Part shown: positions 17,724 to 25,381 of the stretch, one piece after another
Position numbering within the stretch: position 1 is the first letter of the stretch
Layout: each line of letters opens with the position of its first letter
Origin: an uncultured Candidatus Bathyarchaeia archaeon
GTDB taxonomy: Archaea; Thermoproteota; Bathyarchaeia; Bathyarchaeales; Bathyarchaeaceae
Direction: 5' to 3'
NCBI GenBank assembly: GCA_964455275.1
Contig: CAYVVO010000012.1
Span: 1-34,406 of the forward strand
DNA: 34,406 bases
Made by a program: the position numbers and the translations under genes
Notes under the pieces: model-generated
What the model saw: the letters and a program-made list of their open reading frames with translations, nothing else
What the model was told of the DNA's origin: nothing
Database searches by the model: none

Positions 17724-19175
17724 CTATGGAGTTGAACGGAATAGCCTCTTTTTTACGATTATTGCAGATAAAGTAGCCATCAAGAATAAGGGCAAGATAA
17801 TCCATGAAGGAAACTCTGGAATTGCATCCGTTCCAATTATTTCTACTGTTTTGATGCGGTGCTGGTAAGTAAAGTATAGGTAGGTGTTGTTTGCTTCTTC
17901 GTTGACTGCTGGAGCTACCGAGGTGCCATCGACCAAAACAGTCCAGTTGCCTTCTGAATGTAACAGGTCTTTTGGTATTGTTACTCTGCAGAATCCTGTT
18001 GTTCCGGTTTCGCCCTCCACATTAAACCGCACTAGAGCAGTTTCAGGGTTGAAACTGAAATCTGAAACAGTTGAGTTACTCATAACATTAACACCATAAC
18101 TAGTCCCTTCCCATGTACCAGCATCAAAGAATGTGATTGGAGCCATGAGTGGGTAATTGTCCCTGTTGTTCTCATTTATGATGTAAGAAGTATCTCCTAT
18201 TCCATCTCCGTCACTGTCGGTTCCGTTGTAATCGCTCCAATAGTTGCCTTCTAGACCGTTATCCCAGAAATTACGGGATAAGCCAGCACCGGCGTTGTGA
18301 GCATTGTTAATAAAATTGTTATGATAGAAAGTGTTGTTGACTGCGCTAGAACTCAAACTCACTCCCATTCCCTCATCAATTTCGGGAATATTATAATTCA
18401 TTATGTAGTTATCATGAAAAACATTGTTAGTGCCATGATAACCAATAGCGATGACAAAAGGACCGCCGTAGTTTTCTCCGTTCATTATGTTTCCTGAAAA
18501 CGTATTATGAGAACTCGTATCCCCAGAACTGGTCATTGAGAAGCCAAGACACGTATTGTTATGTATCACATTTGAATTTGAAAACCGTAAATAGATATAC
18601 TCGTTAAGGACGGTGTTTCCGACAATAGTATTGAATGAAGAGTTCCTTAAACTAAATCTGTAATTTACTTTATTTTTGTTGATGTTGTTATTCGAACCAA
18701 TCAGCGTTATGCCTTTTGTTATGGTACAATTGATTATTTGAGTTCCGTTTCCCATCACGAGAATTATCCCACCGGGTTTAGGCGCAAGTGTGAGATTCGT
18801 TAGTTTGATATTGTTGGCATTGATTTCGATGGCATTTGCATAACTATAGAATGCTTGCATAGTTATCCATGTGACATTGTATGCTGGATGTAGGTTAATT
18901 ATTGTGTTTTCGGGGTTTTCGCCTATAATTGAGATTGTTTTGTTGATAAGTATGGTTTGATTTATAGGGCCTTCATAGATTCCGTTTCTAACGAAAATAG
19001 TATCGCCATCCTCAATAACTCGAATAGCTTCTTGAATAGAAGAATAATCGTCTGGAACAATAAGGGTCTTAGCTTCTGCTTTTGCAGTAAAGTTTTGTGA
19101 AATAGATGCCAGAATAAAGGAAAGAACCAGCAATAACACAATTATTGCTTTGGTTTTCTTTATATTAGAAAGCAT
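17724..19175 (-). CDS. secreted parallel beta-helix (NosD-like) repeat protein with PEF-type C-terminal anchor
   Basis: Signal peptide MLSNIKKTKAIIVLLLVLSFILASISQNFTAKA. SIQEAIRVIEDGDTIFVRNGIY. Beta-helix rungs. GNYWSDYNGTDSDGDGIGDTSYIINENNRDNYPLM. Tail IPEFPSWIILPLFLMATLSAIIVKKRLFRSTP. Paralogous to 3823..5487. Confidence 0.85.
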   Translation of the reverse strand: MLSNIKKTKAIIVLLLVLSFILASISQNFTAKAEAKTLIVPDDYSSIQEAIRVIEDGDTIFVRNGIYEGPINQTILINKTISIIGENPENTIINLHPAYNVTWITMQAFYSYANAIEINANNIKLTNLTLAPKPGGIILVMGNGTQIINCTITKGITLIGSNNNINKNKVNYRFSLRNSSFNTIVGNTVLNEYIYLRFSNSNVIHNNTCLGFSMTSSGDTSSHNTFSGNIMNGENYGGPFVIAIGYHGTNNVFHDNYIMNYNIPEIDEGMGVSLSSSAVNNTFYHNNFINNAHNAGAGLSRNFWDNGLEGNYWSDYNGTDSDGDGIGDTSYIINENNRDNYPLMAPITFFDAGTWEGTSYGVNVMSNSTVSDFSFNPETALVRFNVEGETGTTGFCRVTIPKDLLHSEGNWTVLVDGTSVAPAVNEEANNTYLYFTYQHRIKTVEIIGTDAIPEFPSWIILPLFLMATLSAIIVKKRLFRSTP

Positions 19176-19216
19176 AACAACCTGTTTTATGGTGAATATA
19201 AGGTAAAAGTTTTTTT

Positions 19217-19256
19217 GTCAAATTTTCTTGACTAAATTTTGTCAAGATTTTTTGAC
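19217..19256. promoter_or_regulatory. array of two 16-bp palindromes of the same GTCAAG-N4-CTTGAC family, 24 bp phasing
   Basis: Units are 19217-19232 GTCAAATTTTCTTGAC and 19241-19256 GTCAAGATTTTTTGAC. The proximal unit is 42 nt from the ATG at 19175. A TATA-like TTATAT lies between them. Confidence 0.6.
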
Positions 19257-19360
19257 AACAAGTATATGTTGATTTTATTGTTCTGTATAAAAAAGGTAAC
19301 AGATATTTAGGATCAGAAAAAGAAGGGATAATTGTGGTGGTTTTGTGGTTGCTAGGGTTA

Positions 19361-22156
19361 CTATAAATAAATTACTTCGTAAACTGCTCCTAAAAACAAG
19401 TCGTCCTGAACCGTGCCTTCTATATAGTTAGAGCCGTAGTAGGGAAATCCGTTCACAACCCAATATTGGAAGACTATCGCACCGCCGGGCCAAGCCCAAG
19501 CCACATAGGGTACCTCGAAGCTGTGATCTCCCTCTGATACTTGGTAGGTGTACCATGTGGGCCCGACCTCCTCGCCGTCTATTTCAAAAGGTACCTCGAA
19601 TTGATGATACTGACCGTTATCTAAGTAGACGGAGCCCGTTGAAACATCATGATATGGTAAATAGTGAGCAGTAAGCTCGTGGCCATCAGAAATGTACATG
19701 TTTGCTGGACGGCTGCCATAAATGCTTCCATCGTAACTGAAGTGAGTGAAGACGTAGCCTGGAATGTCACTGACATTGATTGTATAGACTTTACCAATTA
19801 ATCTGGAGATGCCTGGACTAGAATAGGGTTGACCATCTATGTAGAAGGTAGGATAAAGCGGATTGTTATGGTTGTCTTTAGCATCCCAAGTCAACAGAGG
19901 CTGATATAATACTTTGTATCCGTTGCCATAAACTACAAGCCGTCCATCACCAGTTTCATAACCCGGTCTTTGATGCCAGTCACCATCAAAATACGTTGGC
20001 CATATTGCTGTAAAATTATTGTGGAGCGGTGTTTGATCGAAATCATTTCCATAAAAGCACGTATGCGAAGCATCATCTAAAGCTGCCTTTATTGATACAT
20101 AGTCTGCCAAAGCAAAACTAAAGAATTGCTTAAGCCAGTAATGGTAAGGTGCCCAACTGCCTTCAACCGCCTGACTTAGAGATGCTGACCCCCCGACAAA
20201 GCCTATATAACAGAAATCACCGTTGTCCGCAGCTGCGTAACCATCATCACTCATGTGAAGGAGGGTTGTAAACCCAGGCATGGTTTTCGGTTTTACAAGT
20301 CGGTAAGTCCAAGCGAAAGGCATTCCCCGTGCTCTTCCGCCGACTAATCCTTGTGTGGTAACATGCTGTTTGGGGGGGGCACCAAGAGTGTCTTCAATAT
20401 GTGCTGAGTTGCAGGTATTAATGAAAGCAAAGAACGTTTTACCCGAAGTTCGTTGAAATATTTGCATGTCAAAGACAGCGTTTTCATAGGATACGTTCTC
20501 CCATTGATAAACTGGGCCTTCAAAAGTGCCATCGTTGTCTTCAAACATATAATGAAATTCATTTGGATCCTCTAACCAAGGTATATCTACTTGCCCATTG
20601 CCGTGATCGAAATCAACTACCGCCACGCGCGGGTAATTCGCCTCACTGCTTTCAATCTGAGCTAAAATAGTGTCTCTGTACGAACCTTTTTCTCCTTGGT
20701 AGTCGCTAGCAGAATAACCGTTAGCCCAGAATTGCACTTTAAGGAAATCAGCAGTTTCTTCTTGTTGCGCAACCTCATCTGGGTGCTTGCGCCAGCTAAA
20801 CCCGAGGTTGTCATTCCATGCTCCTTCACTTTCGGAACCCCAAATCATGGCACGCCCATATAATGGTGTTGCATTAACAATCGACACCGACATCACAACC
20901 ATTACTGTTGAAAAGAATAGCAGAAGGCAAAGCAGCACACCACTAACCTTGAAGGAGCGTAATTTCGGCAAATTGAAAGACAGTGTTCCTTTTTTCTTCT
21001 TGCTCAAATAGACTGGAACCGCAACTAGCATAAAGACAATAACAGCTGGAAGCGCTATCCACGAGAGCGATAACGAGCTTGACTGAGCTTCATCAGCAGT
21101 AGACCCATCGTCTAACGCAACAGCTACTATATCATCATAAGTAGCGACCAAGTCAGGCGGAGGATCCATTGTGGAAAACCGTTCTTTGATGAAACAGATT
21201 TCTCCTGTGTCAGCCCAAGCGTAAACATTTATTCCGTAAACATTGCCCGGGTAAAACTTGTCCAAACTAACCCAGATGTGCCGCATCGGATAAAGCTCCA
21301 AGAGATCCTTGCTGCGCGCTTTATCCATATAATGAGAGGGAGCAAAGATTGTTTCCCAAACCATCGCATTTGTCACATTATACTTCAATTCAACAGTGTC
21401 ATTTTCAATTTCCATTTTCCCCCATGTGAGAGTCTTGGCTTGTGCTATCGCAATGTCAATCGTCTGCTGCTCAGAAAAGTACACAGTTGTGCTACCGATT
21501 TTATACAGGCCCCAGTTGTCAATAAAGTATTTTAGAACACCATTCTTGTAACGCAATGCTACGCACTTGTCTGGCGCTTCAATACCGTTAAACGTGTATG
21601 TCCACCGGAAAGTTGTAGAGTCTCTTGAGGTAGTCACTTCAAGTTTTCTGTTTCCAGAAATTGATGTTAAGTTTTTGTTTAAGTCAACAGTAGCTAGTGT
21701 CGATCTTAATTCTCCATAAAACGAGTCTCCAGTATGGCTGCGATAATTCCCAAGGAAGTCTTTAGCCATTTCAAGAGGGTTAGCAGTTGCTTCTGTCATC
21801 CACGGTGAGCCGTCAACTTCTAGAACATGTATCTTTTGTAGATTTCCGTTTATGAAAGTATAGAGCATGTCTAGCTTGCTTTCATTGGATTGTAAATTGT
21901 AGCGTATCCTCTCTTGAGGAAGAACGTCTAAGTACGAATCTTGCGGGAATTCTTTTGTAGTAGTAGCATATTTTGTTAGGTCAAGACCAACCACGTCATT
22001 TGAGATCACTAATCCTTTCTCTTGAAGCGTTTCTTCTGCCGCGTATACAGGGGTTGAAAGAAATGAATAAAGGCAAGAGATCAACAGCAAAGAAAATAGA
22101 ACCATTGAAAGCAGAAAGTGTTTTTTCACATATTTTGTCATTTTCGTTACATCCAT
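19361..22156 (-). CDS. large surface protein: signal peptide, ectodomain 1, TM hairpin, ectodomain 2 with clan-CD-like His/Cys signature, C-terminal beta-sandwich repeats
   Basis: The ORF opens at 22231 (GTG). ATG codons at 22156 and 22141 precede the signal peptide KKHFLLSMVLFSLLLISCLYSFLSTPVYA. TM helices are WIALPAVIVFMLVAVPVYL and VLLCLLLFFSTVMVVMSVSIV, flanking the basic loop SKKKKGTLSFNLPKLRSFK. VAVVDFDHGNG and TFFAFINTCNSAH are present. Confidence 0.8.
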   Translation of the reverse strand: MDVTKMTKYVKKHFLLSMVLFSLLLISCLYSFLSTPVYAAEETLQEKGLVISNDVVGLDLTKYATTTKEFPQDSYLDVLPQERIRYNLQSNESKLDMLYTFINGNLQKIHVLEVDGSPWMTEATANPLEMAKDFLGNYRSHTGDSFYGELRSTLATVDLNKNLTSISGNRKLEVTTSRDSTTFRWTYTFNGIEAPDKCVALRYKNGVLKYFIDNWGLYKIGSTTVYFSEQQTIDIAIAQAKTLTWGKMEIENDTVELKYNVTNAMVWETIFAPSHYMDKARSKDLLELYPMRHIWVSLDKFYPGNVYGINVYAWADTGEICFIKERFSTMDPPPDLVATYDDIVAVALDDGSTADEAQSSSLSLSWIALPAVIVFMLVAVPVYLSKKKKGTLSFNLPKLRSFKVSGVLLCLLLFFSTVMVVMSVSIVNATPLYGRAMIWGSESEGAWNDNLGFSWRKHPDEVAQQEETADFLKVQFWANGYSASDYQGEKGSYRDTILAQIESSEANYPRVAVVDFDHGNGQVDIPWLEDPNEFHYMFEDNDGTFEGPVYQWENVSYENAVFDMQIFQRTSGKTFFAFINTCNSAHIEDTLGAPPKQHVTTQGLVGGRARGMPFAWTYRLVKPKTMPGFTTLLHMSDDGYAAADNGDFCYIGFVGGSASLSQAVEGSWAPYHYWLKQFFSFALADYVSIKAALDDASHTCFYGNDFDQTPLHNNFTAIWPTYFDGDWHQRPGYETGDGRLVVYGNGYKVLYQPLLTWDAKDNHNNPLYPTFYIDGQPYSSPGISRLIGKVYTINVSDIPGYVFTHFSYDGSIYGSRPANMYISDGHELTAHYLPYHDVSTGSVYLDNGQYHQFEVPFEIDGEEVGPTWYTYQVSEGDHSFEVPYVAWAWPGGAIVFQYWVVNGFPYYGSNYIEGTVQDDLFLGAVYEVIYL

Positions 22157-22563
22157 TTTTTTGTTTTTCTGCACGGCTTTGATCTCCGTGCCATCTCTTT
22201 CTGTCCTTCCCTTAGGACTAGGTGGTGACACACCCCCGAAACAGTCAGCCTCGGCTTAACTGCCCATCGAAATTAATGGTCGATGGAAGAGGAAAAAATA
22301 TCAAATTTTAACTGTGAGTAATGCTTTTTTTCACATCCCCCACTTCAAACAAATGTAGATTTAATAGGTTAATATTTTTGACAATAAAAGTGTAAAAAAC
22401 ATAAATTGTTGAAATATTTGTTTTGTATTCGTTTAAGCTTTTGAATTAACAACAGAATTGCACTTAACTAGTCAAAAAAATAAGTATAACAAATGAACAA
22501 CGCATCAAATTATTCAGATTCTTTTGGACAGAGTTTTTTGAGCAGTCTCTATTTGTTGATTAT

Positions 22564-22692
22564 TTATATCACGGTTGTGGTAATGAGAAGTGGAAGAATT
22601 GCATCCCAAGACGGAAATTCTGGAATAGAATCAATGTTTTGTTCATCCTTATGATAGAAAAATGAGGAAAGTAATGATTCAGTCTCATCACA
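22564..22692 (-). pseudogene. orphan remnant of a PEF-type C-terminal sorting tail (no start codon)
   Basis: The minus-strand frame reads CDETESLLSSFFYHKDEQNIDSIPEFPSWDAILPLLITTTVI*. It is bounded upstream by TGA and has no Met. IPEFPSW..ILPL matches the tail of the 17724..19175 protein. Confidence 0.4.
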
Positions 22693-22865
22693 TCATCCCA
22701 AAACAATAGCATAATCGTTTTTGGTTAGTTAAATATACATTCAGTTCTATTGAAGCTGATTATTGATTGATTTGTGCGCCGTAAACGGTATAAATCTCCG
22801 CCTATTTATAGGATAAGAATAAATAGGTTACATCTCGTTTAAGCAATGTTAATGGAGGCTTCTAT

Positions 22866-23144
22866 ATGGTGAGAAAAAAGAAACTAGAGGAATACGAGGA
22901 GAGAATAGGAGAAGCCATGAATATTCTTGGCATGGTTTCCGAAGACACCACCACTCCAAGAAACATAAGAAGAGCCGCGAAACAAGCAATCTCAACGCTC
23001 CAAATCTCCGAAAACACCCCCGCAGTCAGAGCAGCCAACGCCATATCCGTTCTGGACGAGATTCTGCAGGACCCCAACATGCCCCCCTACACCAGAGTGA
23101 AACTCTGGAACGTCATGAGTCTACTTGAAGCCATCAAGGACTAA
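22866..23144 (+). CDS. UPF0147 family protein
   Basis: TTPRNIRRAAKQAI...VRAANAISVLDEILQDPNMPPYTRVKLWNVMSLLE matches the archaeal UPF0147 pattern. GGAGG lies 8 nt before the ATG. Confidence 0.85.
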   Translation: MVRKKKLEEYEERIGEAMNILGMVSEDTTTPRNIRRAAKQAISTLQISENTPAVRAANAISVLDEILQDPNMPPYTRVKLWNVMSLLEAIKD

Positions 23145-23453
23145 AAATCCGCAGGATCATCAATGCACGTTTTCTTTCGTACCCAACTCCTTACCGGCAC
23201 CATAACAGCGGAAGCTTAACCCTTTTCGTTCAGTGTAAATGTTTGATGCCGTTATAGCCAGGTTCTCTGATTCAATATCGAAGAAGCAGTCAATTGAATC
23301 CACGCGCCCATCTAAATGCTATACCTCCTGAAGGAGCAGATAGAATCTGGCTTAGCTTTTTAGGGGGATGTGTACACAAAAGCTTTTGACAGATAACCTA
23401 TCAAACTTATTAGAATAGAACAAACATTGCAAATTGCCTGAAAGGATGAAGCC

Positions 23454-24092
23454 ATGAACAAGTTCAACAGAGACATAGAGATTCTATTGGCAAGGTTAAA
23501 CAGGGACACAGACGAAGAATCCCAGAAAAAACTGAATGTTCTAAGAGATAATCTGATTCGCTTGCATGAAGAGAACGTTGTCAAGATCAACCACTCAGTT
23601 ATGGAGCTGGTATGCGCCAAGCACCTGATTCTTAAGGGTTACGAAGTGGACATTGAGCGCCCAGTAGACGGGCTGGTATGTGACCTGTACGGAGTGAAGG
23701 GGTTAGGCTCCCACATCGTTGAGGTGGAGACCGGTTTCATTCCCCCAAGTCACGCTCTTGACCCCGCTAAATACCGCAAATCTAGGATAGCCAGCAAAAT
23801 AATCAGGTATGGCAACCACTCAGACAAGTTTGCTTTAGGCGTACCACCGTACTATCTGCTGCAGATTCCCGATACCCTAGTTAAACCTCCCAGAGACAGA
23901 ACCCCCAAAGATCTGAAGTACCTCAAAACCCTCTGCGACCTCTACTACAAGAATCCACCAGTTAGCCTCGAAGAAATCAGAAACGCGCGCATCCACACCA
24001 TCTACATAATAGACGTGGACGAGGTAACCATAAAGGAAGTTAACCCTGCAACATACCTGAAAAAAAGGGACAGCTTTTCGCTGGCAACATAA
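23454..24092 (+). CDS. hypothetical protein (possible restriction-endonuclease-like fold, weak)
   Basis: A 212-codon ORF. MELVCAKHLILKGYEV...VCDLYGVKGLGSHIVEVETG resembles an E...D...ExK core, but the Lys position is Glu. Confidence 0.55.
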   Translation: MNKFNRDIEILLARLNRDTDEESQKKLNVLRDNLIRLHEENVVKINHSVMELVCAKHLILKGYEVDIERPVDGLVCDLYGVKGLGSHIVEVETGFIPPSHALDPAKYRKSRIASKIIRYGNHSDKFALGVPPYYLLQIPDTLVKPPRDRTPKDLKYLKTLCDLYYKNPPVSLEEIRNARIHTIYIIDVDEVTIKEVNPATYLKKRDSFSLAT

Positions 24093-24180
24093 ACCAAGAA
24101 AAGCAAAAAGTTTTCTCCGAGGCTTGTGCCTCTTAAGCTTCTTATACGCTGCAGTCATAGTTTAGGTTGGTGAACAGAGA

Positions 24181-24963
24181 ATGGTGACAGTTTCCTCGAA
24201 TCTGATACAATCTCATCTGAGCGAGCCAAAGGTTGAGCAGATGTTTCGGTTAATGGAAACGGATTTGGAGATCCAGAATACTCTCCGTATGTCCAATGTA
24301 ATGGCTGTTGAACGTTTGAAATACAATGACCACGGTCCGGTCCACTCCAAAATCACTGCCGGAAGCGCCCTCGAAATTTTTAACCTCTTAATTCAGGAAG
24401 TCACGCCTACAACGGTCCAAAACAACGTTTGCTCTCTTGAAGACGCCAAAGTTGTTGTCTTATGTGGGTCATATCTGCACGACTTGGGGAACAGCATTCA
24501 TCGGCTCGACCATCATTTCCATGGCTGCGTGATAGCCAACCCCATCTTGGACAGGCTTCTGAAGAAGGTTTATCCCGAAGAGCCGGCTTTGGCGGTGAGG
24601 CTGAAGTCTGAGATACTGCATTGCATTTTTTCTCACGAAGATGAAGTTGAGTGTTTAAGCGTGGAGGCTGGGGCGGCGAAGGTAGCTGATGGAACGGATA
24701 TGGCTCGGGGAAGGACCAGAATTCCTTACAGAAGCGGCAAGGTGGACATCCACTCGCTCTCCGCTTTATCCATCACCAAGGTGGAAATCGAGAAGGGAAA
24801 ACGGAAGCCTGTTCAAATCTTGGTTAACATGGATAATCCTGCGGGCGTCTTCCAGATAGAAGAAGTGCTGGAGAAGAAGCTGGAAACTTCGGGCATACAT
24901 GATTTGGTTGATGTTATAGCCTTAGAAAAGGGAGTGCAGATAAGAAGAAAAAAAGTTTACTAA
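24181..24963 (+). CDS. HD-domain metal-dependent phosphohydrolase
   Basis: HGPVHS, GSYLHDLGNSIHR, FSHED and ADGTDM follow the H...HD...H...D pattern. GGTGA lies 8 nt before the ATG. Confidence 0.7.
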   Translation: MVTVSSNLIQSHLSEPKVEQMFRLMETDLEIQNTLRMSNVMAVERLKYNDHGPVHSKITAGSALEIFNLLIQEVTPTTVQNNVCSLEDAKVVVLCGSYLHDLGNSIHRLDHHFHGCVIANPILDRLLKKVYPEEPALAVRLKSEILHCIFSHEDEVECLSVEAGAAKVADGTDMARGRTRIPYRSGKVDIHSLSALSITKVEIEKGKRKPVQILVNMDNPAGVFQIEEVLEKKLETSGIHDLVDVIALEKGVQIRRKKVY

Positions 24964-24992
24964 AGACAAGTTTATGAAATTTTCACTTGTCT
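24964..24992 (+). terminator. hairpin AGACAAGT-N13-ACTTGTCT immediately after the HD gene stop, followed by T-rich tract
   Basis: A perfect 8-bp inverted repeat read from the sequence. gattttgtttgtttttgttt follows. Confidence 0.45.
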
Positions 24993-25219
24993 ATGTCTCC
25001 TAAGCTAGATTTTGTTTGTTTTTGTTTATAGATTGCGGATATGAATGTTCTAACAGTTTGCTGCTTCATATCAGGAGCCTAATAAAGGTTCATTGTTGAA
25101 AACAGTCTTTTTTCTGAGAAACCGCAACCATCTTACTTAAAAGTCGATTTTTAGACGGTGTTGTGCTTAGAAGGGAGTTAAATCATAAAAAAACAGATCA
25201 AGTTGTTTTGTGGTCTGTT

Positions 25220-25288
25220 TCACCATTCCTCGTCTTCATCATCTTCTTCATCCTCGTCTTCATCTTCTTCCCAGTCTTCTTCCTCCAT
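25220..25288 (-). CDS. 22-aa ultra-acidic micro-ORF MEEEDWEEDEDEDEEDDEDEEW (candidate small protein)
   Basis: GGGAGGTG lies 10 nt upstream of the ATG. The TGA is followed at once by hairpin AAACAGA-N16-TCTGTTT and a T7 run (25187..25220). It was too short to appear in the ORF track. Confidence 0.4.
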   Translation of the reverse strand: MEEEDWEEDEDEDEEDDEDEEW

Positions 25289-25381
25289 CAAACATTTTCA
25301 CCTCCCTATCCTTTGTGCTTCACCATCAATGTCTTTGAGAAATCACATAAAAGATTCAAATAAGCATTACGCAGAAAAAAC

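Noticed and set aside
11816-19256. TTGACA sequences read as bacterial sigma-70 -35 boxes
   Set aside because: The gene content is archaeal. The TTGAC elements are halves of 16-bp palindromes in phased arrays, and no matching -10 box sits at 17 bp.
22368-22382. Isolated TTTTGAC half-sites (22368..22382 GTTAATATTTTTGAC, also near 29325 and 33695) as extra members of the palindrome family
   Set aside because: Only one half-site matches, or the spacing is one base short. This is too weak to distinguish from AT-rich background.
22493-22655. 53-codon plus-strand ORF (MNNASNYSDSFGQSFLSSLYLLIIYITVVVM...) in the AT-rich gap
   Set aside because: It has no SD or promoter signal, and it lies antisense to the PEF-tail remnant, which explains its hydrophobic stretch.
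22690-22720. GTGATGA ... CTGA on the minus strand as a C/D box sRNA. A TTGATGA near 31370 and a TTGATGC near 23243 were checked the same way.
   Set aside because: The box spacing does not fit the archaeal C / 12-nt guide / D' architecture, and there are no matching C' and D boxes.
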